A DNA stretch of 64,000 bases, taken from positions 1 to 64,000 of IMG/VR virus record IMGVR_UViG_3300020048_000088, one strand, 5' to 3'. The notes beneath the pieces are model-generated. The model searched no databases and was not told the origin of the DNA. It saw only the letters and a program-made list of their open reading frames with translations. Source of the stretch: a virus (taxonomy: Duplodnaviria > Caudoviricetes). A program made the position numbers and the translations under genes. Below, piece by piece: positions 47,201-58,252 of the stretch; position 1 is the first letter of the stretch; each line of letters begins with the position of its first letter.

Positions 47201-47925
47201 TGCTCGTGGTGGCTGTAGCGGTAGTTGACGCTCGTGACGTTCTCCGCATAGAGAATGTCGACGATCTCCTGCTCGTTGCCGGCGCCCAGACTGCGGCTGG
47301 GGTTGCCGACGTAGAACGTCACTTTGTTGACACAGGCGAATCGCACGAGGGCGGAGATGTGATCGGGGGAACAGATGAATGCTGACATGGTGAACTCCAA
47401 AGGTGGGGCAAAGCGCCCCGGGTTTCAGGTGCTGGCTAATTCTTCGTCGTAGTTGGGGTTGCCGTCTTCGTCTTCCGTCAGAATCGTTACGCTGATAGGG
47501 CGTTTCGAGTCGACGGTTTCAGCGGCAGACCAGTCGGTGTTCAAGTCCAACTCCATCCACTCATCCTCCCCCTTAAACGCGAAGTGCAGGGTGTCCCACT
47601 TGATGAACCACTCGGCTATGTCCGCCCAGACTCTCCCCTCAGGCAGGGTGACACGGGATAGGGTGCCACAGTAATAGGTGGCCTCGATAAACACAGAGAC
47701 TTGTTTTGACATGGTTTACTCCTTAAATTTGAAACGGGCAGGGGTCGTGGCGTGGGCCGCCGGGCTGATTCAAGGCACAGCGGTCCATGTAGGCGGCCGA
47801 CAGGTCGTCGTAGTCCACACCGTAGACGTCGCACACTGCGTCAGCCGCATTGGGGTACTCCTGGCCCCGCTCGATGCGGTTGATGAGGTTGTCCAGCGCC
47901 CGTTCAAGGACTTGTTCTCTGTGCG

Positions 47926-48576
47926 TCATGCCATCACCTCTTCGCGTTTGGCACGGGTCTCAAGGTACTCGTGCACCTTGGTCAGTCGCGCCATCTCGGG
48001 ACAGTTGTCGAACAGGATTTCGTCAAATAAGCCGTTGCCGCGGTCACTCTCCATCAGCTCAACCTCTCGGTACTGGTCGAACTCGCCGGCGGTTTCCAGA
48101 TGGGCGTGGGCTTCGATCAGGGTGGCGATCTGGTTGTGGTCCCAGGAGTGGAAGTCACCCCACTCGTCGAGGTCGTTGGAGTAGAAGCTGCAGAACCCGT
48201 CGCGGGAGGTGTGGTTGGCACGCACCATGAGGCGCAGGGCAGGGGTGTCGACAGCGTCGAACACCTTCTGCAGCGACTCGGGGGTGATCCAGCAGAAGCA
48301 TCTATCTCCGGTGAAGTTGTATTCACGAGGCGAGACCAGCTCATCGAACGTCAACTCGAGGGCGAAGTTGTCGGCGAAGTTCTCGCAGTACGCCTTGGCG
48401 TAAGCCGTGTGAACAGCGTGCCAATTCATCGAACTCCACGCTCGCATGACGAGGTCGCCGTTGACTTCCCACCCGGTGTCGCGGTCGGAGAAGATGCTGT
48501 CGAGGGCGCTGTCGAGCGCGCCGTCGTGAAAGCTGTTGTAGAACCCGCTGAAGGGGATCACGCATAAGTGTTTCAT
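47926..48576 (-). CDS. Acidic conserved phage protein (candidate DNA mimic)
   Basis: PFSGFY.S, LVSPREYNF.GDR and SRDGF.SFY motifs; about 39 D/E versus about 17 K/R by hand count. Confidence 0.55.
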   Translation of the reverse strand: MKHLCVIPFSGFYNSFHDGALDSALDSIFSDRDTGWEVNGDLVMRAWSSMNWHAVHTAYAKAYCENFADNFALELTFDELVSPREYNFTGDRCFCWITPESLQKVFDAVDTPALRLMVRANHTSRDGFCSFYSNDLDEWGDFHSWDHNQIATLIEAHAHLETAGEFDQYREVELMESDRGNGLFDEILFDNCPEMARLTKVHEYLETRAKREEVMA

Positions 48577-51500
48577 TTTGGACTCCAAAGTTTGGGCAAA
48601 ATCGCCCGGGGTTTGCCAGGGGTTACTGGACTTCTCTCAACTCAAGCTCCGTGTTTCCATGCTTGGTGGCGTTGGTCTCCCACACTTCAAGGTTGAAGTA
48701 CTTGAGCAGGATGCGGATGGTTTCCTCGATCTGAGCTTTTGTGGCATCGTTGCTCCCCGGCTGGAATAGCTCCGTCTCTACGACAGGCTCGTCGTTTTGG
48801 TTTACGAAGGTCATAGCTGCGGGCCTTCCACGTCCTGAGCATGCTGAGCAAGCGCTCGCATGAAGCCCGAGAACTCCCTCGCGCTCAGGAACTGGAACGG
48901 CTCCCACTCGATCAGGTTTTGATCTCGCATGTAGCCCACCGGGCTGTCAGTCGCCGTGATCGCATCAAAGTGCTTCACAGCTTCCTCTTCAGTCACTTCC
49001 GCGTTGATCATCTGGCGGAAGGCGAACACCTTCCATTTGTCAAGCAGCTTCATACTCTCTCCAGTCATAGGTTGGCAGCTCGTCAACGACGTCTGCGTCT
49101 GCATCGAATCGAAGCCAGTTGGCCTCGTCACCATAGAGGTCACGCAGCCAGGTCAGGATCGGGATCGTCCACACATCATCCACGGGGTCGTCCGGCAGGT
49201 ACACGAACCCGCCCCCTGGGTAGGTCGCTGCCAGACCCTCGAAGGAGACCAGCGAGTGTGTGCTGGGCATGTGCTGGGTGCTGATGACCGGGATGGTCAT
49301 CACCCACATTGGTTTGGTGTTCATGATTTCTCCTTAGTAGCTTGCGTCAGTCGGTATCACGCCAAACGCTGCCTTGGCCAAGTCGTAGATGTCGTTCAGA
49401 CTCACCCGGACCGCGGGCTTGTCGGTGTTGTCGAAGGCCACCGCCCACCCGCTGATGTAGCGCAGCTTCTCGGCGCCGGCCTCCATCAGCACGCAGACCT
49501 CGCCGTCGGCGAGGTGCTCACTGATGTCGGATATGAGGTCGATGTCGATGCTCTCGTCGGTAGCCTCATCGTAGTAATACGCTGGGAAGCACCCTTCATC
49601 GGGGTCGTCGCTGTAGATCATTTGCATATCCCCTGCGGGGCTGCTCACCAGACCGGGTACGCTTTCGACCCAGGCGTCGAACGCCGCAATGTCCTTCACC
49701 TTGAAATAATTGCTGCGCGCGGTTCCGTTGAAATTTGCCATGTTGAACTCCTTGGTTATTTGTCCGTTTGCGACTCAATGAACGACTGGGCGTCGGCGGC
49801 GTGCCGAAAATCGGCAAGCCAGATTTGCACCAGCTCGCGCTTTTTGGCGTAGCAGCAGTAGACGCTGCTGACTTCCATATTGGTCTTCTGTTCGGTCTTG
49901 ATTACGAGTTTCATGTGATCTCCAGTTGGATGTCTTTGGTGTGTTCGGCAAGTTCGTAGTCGAACACGCTCTTGGCCTTGAGGGCAGCCATGAACTCATT
50001 TGAGGTGAGCTGTCGGCGGTCCGTTTCGGCATCGCGCAGGATGTTGTAGCAGCGCTGGTATTCGAGCAGTGTCTTGAGTTTCATATCGTTTCTCCTTCGT
50101 AGTCGTACTTGGCCATGGGTTCGCCGTCTTGGAGGATGACGACAGGCTCACCAGCGCAGCGGCCGTACCTGGCCTTGCTTTGGCGTTTGTACTCACCGTA
50201 CTGGCGCAGCGCCTCGTGGTAGTCGTCGCCGGTGTAGGTGGTGCCGATGTTGCCGACAATCACTTGGTATTTCATGTTCGTACGCACTTGAGTGCGCCTC
50301 TTTTGGTGAGTGAAAGAACGTAGTCGGGGTACTCGTGGATAAACTCCTCCGACTTGGCGATGTGCAGGCTGGCCTCGGAGTTCTGGCCATAGCGCTCAAG
50401 GTCCATGGCCGACTCAAAGAACGACGCCTTGGCGGTTTTCAGGCTTGGGTGCGGCTCGAACTCCGGGTACAGCGTCCCGGCGTAGCAGAGATAGCATTTC
50501 ATTGCAGTCTCTCCCATCTACGTTGGGCGTCAGCACAGATCATGACCAGCGCCTCGCTCACCGGTGCATAGGTATCCATGACGCTGATGCCGTGGTACTG
50601 AACCGTGCGCTTGATTCCAAGCAGGTCGCACAGGTTCATCAGGTAGAACGGCAGCGTGGCGACTGTCAACTTGTACCCGTCAGTGGCGAGGCTCATGCGC
50701 TTGTTGGCCCACTCCAGACACTTGACCAGATGCTTGAGCTGGTCGATTCCGGCACTGTGAACGTCGTGCGCCTTGAGCTCGATCTGAACCTGACCGTCTT
50801 TGAAGACTGCCAGGCGCATACCGAGGTCCTGCCAGCACTGGGTGTGGTACTGGGGCATGTACCCCTCAGCTGCCTGCTGGGCGCGGAAACTGACCCGGGT
50901 GCTGTCCACAGAACAGACGCTCGGGCCATAGTCGGCGCTGCCGATGCGCTCGCAGGTCGAAGACTTGCCAGGCCACGTCGGGATGAAGACTTCGACGCCT
51001 TTCATACTGTCACCCCCTGCGCATACCAAGGGGTTGTGGCTTCTGGTTTGTGCTCGGCCTGATCCGCAAGGTTCCACAGGTGTTCGGCCAGCGCCTTGGC
51101 CTGTTCGGGGCGCATGGTGTGGGTGAAGTTCAGCCCACCAGCGTAGGCGCTAAGGCTGATCAGGGCTTTGCCATCAAGTGCGTTGTTGGGCAGGACGCTG
51201 AGCTCGTAGCCGGGGTCTGTCCAGTCGAGCCAATTGGAAAATTTCATGGGAACTCCTAAGGGTGGCGCAAATCGCGCCGTTGTTGTGGGGCATGATTGCC
51301 CCGGGGTTACTCAGCCAGGTGGCTGAGGTCTTTCAGGTGGCCCCTGCACAAGAGCAGGACGTGGTAGTCCTGCGGGTCCACCCAGTCGTCGTCGCCGGGG
51401 TCGAGGCTCCAGCCGTCCGAAGTCTTGGCTTCGTCTCTTGCAAGGCTCACAGCATGTTTTAGGCAGCAGGACTCCACATAGGCCAGGTAAGTGTCCTTGC

Positions 51501-52588
51501 CGAACTCGCTGGCGATGTAATCGGGCCGCAAAAGCAGTACGGTGTAGTTCATGACAGGTCCGTCTCAAGGCACCGCAGCTGCAGGATTGCTCTCTCAAGC
51601 ATTTCCTTGAACTCCCCCGCGGACTCGGCGTCGTGGGCTTCGTCCATCAGGAACCTGAACAGTCCGTCGCCGCAGGTTTTGAGCTCCGCCTTGGTGTTGA
51701 CGTACAGGAGTTCGCCACCACAGTAGTGGGCACGGACGAGGATTTGGTTGGGGTTGAGTTTCATGTTGTCATCCCCACCAGCGATTCAAGGTCCAGCGCC
51801 GCGGTGAATGGGACAAGCCCACTCTCTTGGCCCGACATGTCAAGGATGACGCCCTCGTTGGTCACAATCACATGGAGGTCGAGAATCTCATCGTCATCCT
51901 CCCCAGCCTCACGGAAAATGAACCGGATTGGGTTGTCAAGGTCGATCCACGTCATGCCGTCGTCGATTGAGAATTGGTTGAGTTTCATGATCGGACTCCG
52001 TCCAAAATGGTCAGGTTGTTGGTGAAGCCTTCCTCGCTGGTGTGCTTCAGGCTGAACAGGACGATGAAGGTCGCGTCGTCGTAGATGCGCAGGGTCGACC
52101 CGCCGATCCGGTACTCCGGCTCGAACACGGCCAGCGTCGCCGGGTAATCCTCAGCGTCCTCGTCCTCGGTGAACAGCTGGTAGCCGGCTGCGTAGTGGAT
52201 GTTTCCGCTGTGCACGCCCATCTCCTTGAGCCGGGTTGCGATTGCCGGAATGCGCTCCAGCCACTCGTCGCCAAGGTAGACCTCGACGTGCGTCGGGTTC
52301 TCGGCCCACTCGACGTTGCATTGATACTCAGACTTGAATGTGATCACGATATGAACTCCCCTGTGGGTACCAGGCTCACCATGTGGCGCAGTCGCGCTGG
52401 CAAGCCGAATTTGCGCGCAGCCATGAAGCGCGCTTCATGGTCGGTTCTGGCCCACACGTCAACCGACGCGCCAGCCCATGTTCCGAAATACTTTCTCATT
52501 CTGAACTCCAAAACCTGTGCACAAAAGCATGCATCAGGAAAGCGAAACGCTTCGGATTGGGCGGCATGCCACCCAATGTGAAACGAAC

Positions 52589-53503
52589 TCAGTCTTCGTT
52601 GTCAAGCCATTCGCCGTGCGGCCCTTGAACCTTGCCTGTCATCTTGGCCAGCTCGTTGGCGGCCTCCGCAAATTCAGGGTCGCCAAGCTGTTGGAACGCC
52701 GCGTTGCAGGCTACCTGGATTTTGAGCAGGTTGATGGTGGTGCCGTCCTCCATGGTCAGGATGCCACCGCTGATGGAGCAGGGGATGGTGCGGGGTTCTG
52801 GCTTGGTAGCGTTGATGAGGTCCAGGCAGTGTCCACAAGGGTCGTCGTCGAACTCATAGACCTCCTGAATGCGCCGGCGCATCTCAACGCACTCCGCCGG
52901 GGTGAACAGCGGACCGCCGTCAGCTCCCACGATGGACTCCGGCGAGTCCTCCGGGTGGAACAGCAACCCGTCAGCGTTCAGCTGGTCGAAAAACGCGTGG
53001 GCACCCGCCTTGGACGTGATCGGCGTCTTGAAGTAGGGCTTCATTTCGGTCTCGTCAAGCTCCCAGCACCAAGCCCCGGCACCAACGTCGAACACGTCCA
53101 CCCAACCCTCGCCCTCGACCCAAATGGTGTGGAGCTTCCAAGTCTCCAGCTCATCCACACCCTCGACCCTTGCCGTCCACGTTTTGAACTCGGGGTCGTA
53201 CTCAAACTCCCCATAGGTGTTGGTGTTGGCGTTCGCCATTCTCTGCATCTCGCAGGGGGTGAAGCTCGGCATCGCCCAGCCATTCCAGCGGCTCCCGTCG
53301 CTGTAAGCGCGGTAGGGCGCGCCTCCGTCAATCGACACCAGCACTGGCCCATAGGGCCGGACCTCGATGCAGGGCTTGAACTTCTTGAAGAAGTCTTCGG
53401 CGCTTGTTTCAATACGAAACCCCCCTCCCGATGCCCAGAACGCGATTGGGGTGTCTGGGTCAATTTGGACCCGAACCCCGTCTTCGTCTTCAAATTCAAT
53501 CAT
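52589..53503 (-). CDS. Multidomain acidic hypothetical protein
   Basis: RWNGWAMP.FT domain fused to an FHPEDSP-containing domain; GGAG RBS. Confidence 0.55.
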   Translation of the reverse strand: MIEFEDEDGVRVQIDPDTPIAFWASGGGFRIETSAEDFFKKFKPCIEVRPYGPVLVSIDGGAPYRAYSDGSRWNGWAMPSFTPCEMQRMANANTNTYGEFEYDPEFKTWTARVEGVDELETWKLHTIWVEGEGWVDVFDVGAGAWCWELDETEMKPYFKTPITSKAGAHAFFDQLNADGLLFHPEDSPESIVGADGGPLFTPAECVEMRRRIQEVYEFDDDPCGHCLDLINATKPEPRTIPCSISGGILTMEDGTTINLLKIQVACNAAFQQLGDPEFAEAANELAKMTGKVQGPHGEWLDNED

Positions 53504-53775
53504 TTTATTTCTCCTTCGTCTTCGTCGCAAAAGTCGCACTGGGATTTCCAAAAGGGAACCCGAATCTGCTTGCACTCCGGGCACAGGTGGTCGAAGCGTC
53601 GCATGAATTTCTTAAGCCAGTTCATTCGACCTCCAACTCGGTCGTGAACAGTCGCCCTTCGGCGTAGGCATCAAGCAGCATGATTGCCAACTGGCAGTTA
53701 TTCTCAAAGTAATCCCTGTCGCTCTCCATGTAGCCTGGGTAGCGTCCTTCTTCGTAAGTGCGACGGGGCTTGTGT

Positions 53776-54159
53776 TCAGGAAAGCTCATCAGGCACCTCC
53801 ACTGCGTCACCCAACTTACTTGCCACATAGCAGCGCATGGCTGCTACCAATGGGGTTGAGCCCTTGTACCGTGGTGCTGGCATCGCTCTATCGTCCCACG
53901 CCTCCCACACGCCCCACCCGCAGAAATCCATGCCGACGTGCTCACGCTCAATGATCGGGCCACCTTGTGCCCAATCGGTTGAAGGTGAAAATCGCTTACC
54001 AACGTAATGAGCAACAGCACAACCAACTCTTTTCTCTGGGCATGGCACCAGATTCCTTTCAACCACCGCTCCGTTTCTGATACGGTGGTTAATGCCCTGT
54101 ATTTCAGCCACAGCCCAGTCAAGGGTCGCGCCCGTCAGTTCGCTTGTTTTGATCTTCAT
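53776..54159 (-). CDS. NinX/DUF2591-family protein
   Basis: KTSELTGA.LDWAVA, FSPSTDWAQGGPIIERE and TPLVAAMRCYVASKLG. Confidence 0.85.
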   Translation of the reverse strand: MKIKTSELTGATLDWAVAEIQGINHRIRNGAVVERNLVPCPEKRVGCAVAHYVGKRFSPSTDWAQGGPIIEREHVGMDFCGWGVWEAWDDRAMPAPRYKGSTPLVAAMRCYVASKLGDAVEVPDELS

Positions 54160-56507
54160 TCGACCTCCGCATAGATTTCGCCCGGGAATCTCCCCCACGG
54201 GCGGGGTGCCTTGTGAATGGCGGCGCCGTAAGTCATGGCACGCACCGTCGCGATTTGGCGCCCCTCTGGCGCCCAGAACAGTTTCCAGGTTTTCATGTCA
54301 GTCTCCTCTGATTCCGGTAAGCACTTCGGCGGCAGCACGCTGCCACATCATCGTGTGGGTGCCCTTGGTGCCGTCGTTGGCCAGCAGCACAAGGTCGTAC
54401 AGCTTTGGGGCTGCCTTGATCAGTCTGGCGTTGGCATCAGCGTTGGCCCCGATGACCCTTGCAAGGTCTCGCCCGGAGCTGCCAGCGTAAATCTCATACT
54501 CCGGGGCGTAGTCGGGCGTGCCAAGTCTGCTGACGTACCACGGGCCTTGGGTGTGATTGCTCATTTCAGAATCCTCCTGTGAGTTTGACGCTCAGGCCGT
54601 CATGGTTGGCGGAAAATGTGAGACCCTTGCGCACGAGGGACTCAATCACGTCCATGAATCGATCGTGATTGGGGCAGACAATTACCATCCCGCCCATTGG
54701 GACGGGGCCACTCCCAATGGGCGGGCTGGGGCTGTCGGTGCTGCAGCGGTTGAGGGGTTTCATACCAGCACCTCCACTGGCGCCTTGCGCAGCATCGCCG
54801 GCAACACCCCCATGTAGGCCTTGCCAAACCCGCGGTCTTCAAAGAAGACTTGGCGCTCATCACCCACATCCCGAAACACCTTCAGCACCAGATGCGGACC
54901 CACACCAAACTTGATGCAGGTGTCCTTGGTGAGGTTGACCCGTTCCCGATCGATCTCGAGCGTGGTGACCAACTCGTGATCCCTCACCCGCAGGGTGATG
55001 GTGGGGTTGTAGCTGGTGGGGCAGTTTGCGTACTCCACGTAGAAAGAGTTTTCCATGTTGTCTCCTTAAGTCCAAGCCAAACCCATGGCGACCAACTGCT
55101 CGCCGCCGTAAACCTTGAGCTCGCCGCAGTTGGGGCACTTGTACTTCTGGGCATCCGGCTCCACGCCGCCGGCGATTTCGCCGCAGGCAAGGCAGAAGCC
55201 ATCGTCACCCATTTCCATCGCCAGCTCGAAGCTCGGCTTGTACTGAAGCTTGCCGCTTCCTGCGCGGTACTCGCGCACCTGATCTTTAATCATGTTTGGA
55301 CTCCAAAACCGATATAGAAAAGCCTATATCGGAAAGCTTTCGCTTCGTGATATGGGGCACGCCCCACATCCGGAAACGGCTTACAGTGGCGGGAACCCGC
55401 TGCGGTACTCGGACTCATCCACCCCGTACCGGTACCCCACCCACCGGTAAGCCCCGTTGGGCTGCCTCCCACACTTGTAGAAAAACCCGATTGGGTCTTC
55501 CACCAGCGACAGGGCTGCGTGCCTTGCGAACTCCGGGTTGGCATAGGCAAGGTCGATCACCTCCTTGGCTGTCAGGCGAACGCTGTCGGGATGCGCCACG
55601 AGCTGGGCTTCCCAAAGGTCGACCCGAGCGCGCTCAATTTGCTCCTCCGCGAGGGCGAGGTTGACGATGTTGGGGTTCATTTCGCCCCCTCCAGCAAGTC
55701 GCGCAGGCACAAGTTCACCCCTGACCAGATTTCGTGACCCTCCGGCGTGCGGAACCACTCGAACATGCCGATGATCAGATGGTCTTCGGGCTTGCGCTCC
55801 AGACGCGCCAACTCACAGATGTCAGCACGCTGCGCTGCGATCACAGCGATTTCCCGGGGCACGCCCAGCTCGACAAGGCGCTCGATGTATTTGAGTTTCA
55901 TTTGGACTCCAAAACCGATATAGAAAATCCTATATCGGGCAGCTTTCGCTTCGGATTACCCAGCACGCTGGGCAATGTGAAACGGAATCAGGCGAGCAGG
56001 GCGGCCACCACGAGAATCTCCACGAGCAGCATCAGGGCGCCGGCAGCCCAGAACTTGACACGCGCGGCAGCGCTCCCCACCCTGCGGGAGGCAAGCGGGA
56101 CGTTGAGTCCCGACGTCATGTTGGGCGTCCAAGGTGTGTCAAGCTTGCGCATAGCGAAGGGCACATCGTGCCACATCCAGGTTTCGTTGTAACGGTCTTG
56201 TTTGCCCCATCCCCAATGATCTGTTGGCCACATATTGAACTCCAGTTAGGCACGGATGCCGTGTTTGTCGAACCAGTTGTGAACGTGGCGGGAATACTCG
56301 CCACGCTCCGAGAGCAGGGTGCCGATGGAACCCTTGAGGAGGCTCTCGTAGTCCTCCTCGGGTGCGTCCCGGTCAGCGATCGTCTGGGTGGCGTTGTTGT
56401 CGCCACTCATGATCAGGGACTCAATCGCATTGCGATGCGAGAAGCCGCGGATTGCCTTGGCGGACGCCAGCAGCATGACGTATTTGGAGTCGTTGATCAT
56501 TTCAGCC

Positions 56508-56948
56508 TCACTCCGCCCAGGTGCGAATCGTGTCGACGATGGTGCGAGAGGTATCGCAGTCCAGCCGGTACTGGTCGGCGAAGAACCGGTGAATCTGAAC
56601 GACTGAGATGCTGAACTCATCGGAGTCACGAGCCAGTCGGAACTCAGCAGCCGTGACCTGCAGCTCTACCTCCCGCTGGGGGAAGCTCACGATCACGCAG
56701 CGGTCGTCGTCTTCTGACACCGGGCAGCGAACACCCGTGAGAATCGTGTCAACCACACGCATGGCCTCGAACAGGCCGACGCCGTGCTGCTCACGGATGA
56801 ACTTGATACTGGAGACGCGCTGTCCGTCAGCCTTGCTGCATCGGCTGATCAAGGTGTGCTCGGCATTTGTGATTTGCAGGGTACCCACGGTGCTCGGGTA
56901 CGACACAACGTAGGTGCTGGCGTCAGAGTTGGGGGAAACTGAGGGCAT
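56508..56948 (-). CDS. Protein with a ribosomal L7/L12 C-terminal-like motif
   Basis: VSSIKFIREQHGVGLFEAMRVVD resembles the K..IK..R...G.GL.EAK..V consensus. Confidence 0.45.
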   Translation of the reverse strand: MPSVSPNSDASTYVVSYPSTVGTLQITNAEHTLISRCSKADGQRVSSIKFIREQHGVGLFEAMRVVDTILTGVRCPVSEDDDRCVIVSFPQREVELQVTAAEFRLARDSDEFSISVVQIHRFFADQYRLDCDTSRTIVDTIRTWAE

Positions 56949-57502
56949 GATTGGACTCCAAAATGTGTGCAAAACCGCACAATCAAGCGTCCTAAAAGCA
57001 GGGCGCTTGAGTGTGGGCCCCCCGCAGGGTGCCACTTTGAGTTTCAACTCCCCTTTGGGATTCGGCGCACGAACACACCGACGTACTCGCACCCATGCTG
57101 GGCGGTGTACAGCCACTCGTCCATCTGGCTCTCCGTCAAGTCGGTGTCGACGTGGATTTGAGAATAGCTCTCATCTTCGTGGTATGGGCCACCGTCCCGC
57201 ACAGCTTGTGTGGTGAACTGCCAGCGCAATTTGTGGCGCAGCTTGGCAGCGTCTTTCGTTTTCACGTCGATGCCCAGGTGGTGAATTTGTGGAGCTGTGC
57301 AAGGCTCCGAAGTCGGCACGGGGTTGGGGTGGGTACCAGATTTCATATCGAACTCCAAAATTAGCCTCAAAACAGAGGCGGCCTCAGTGTATGTGCGCTG
57401 GCACACGGTTTAAGTAATCCCCCCCCCATTTGGGGGGGGCTAGGGGTCTCTATTTTTGTTTATGCTTCGCGGGTTGACCTAGGTCAACCTGAAAGGGTTG
57501 AC

Positions 57503-58252
57503 CTAGACCAGGGTTTTCAGGTCGAAATCCCGCGCAATTCGCTCGTACCGCTTGAATCGACGGGTCTCATACTGCCTCGAATTCAGCGCCGACTTGGTTT
57601 CTTTAACCAGCCGCTGGTACTCAACGACTGTTTCGGGGTCATCTGGGCCACTCACGGCAAGGGCCGCCCGGGTATCTAAGCGCAGTTGAACCACGCGCCG
57701 CCCAGCTATCTCGACAATGTCCTGCTGCCTCTCCACCAGCGTCCACGGCTCTTCCTCAAGCAGGCGCTTTTGCTCCCTCAGGTAAGGGTCCCGGTTCGCC
57801 TTTCGGTCTGCGATCTCAGCTTTCCTTTGAGCCCACAGGTAAGCGCGCTCCTGCCTCGCTGCAGCGTCATCGAGACGTTTGGCTCTGGTAGCTACCCGCT
57901 GGGCACGGGCGGCCCGCCTTGCCTCGATTTGAGCCAGGCGTGAGGCTCTGGCCTCGCGCTTTGCCTCACGCAGGGCTTCGAGTTCGACTTTCGCTTGGGC
58001 TCGGGATTCGCGTTTGGCTTCGAGTTCGACTTTCGCTTTGGCTCGGGATTCGCGTTTGGCTTTGGCTTGGGCTTGTGCCTGGGCTCTGGCCAATCGATCA
58101 GATCGTCTTGCAGCCCTCGCCACGACAAGGCTCAGTTGAGCGTTGGCCTTGGCGTTGGTGGGGTCGACTGTGAGGACTGCCGCCAGTCGGGCAAGCCTTT
58201 TCAGTTCGGTTGCCGGTGGCGGTTTTGGGGTCTTGAGGGGGCGCCCCATCAT
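57503..58252 (-). CDS. Basic Arg/Ala-rich coiled-coil protein with internal 14-aa duplication
   Basis: GRPLKTPK N-terminus (AT-hook-like); AKRESRA.AKVELE twice. Confidence 0.55.
   Translation of the reverse strand: MMGRPLKTPKPPPATELKRLARLAAVLTVDPTNAKANAQLSLVVARAARRSDRLARAQAQAQAKAKRESRAKAKVELEAKRESRAQAKVELEALREAKREARASRLAQIEARRAARAQRVATRAKRLDDAAARQERAYLWAQRKAEIADRKANRDPYLREQKRLLEEEPWTLVERQQDIVEIAGRRVVQLRLDTRAALAVSGPDDPETVVEYQRLVKETKSALNSRQYETRRFKRYERIARDFDLKTLV
57974..58060. repeat. 42-bp tandem duplication
   Basis: ggcttcgagttcgactttcgctt(g/t)ggctcgggattcgcgttt at 57974 and 58016. Confidence 0.9.
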
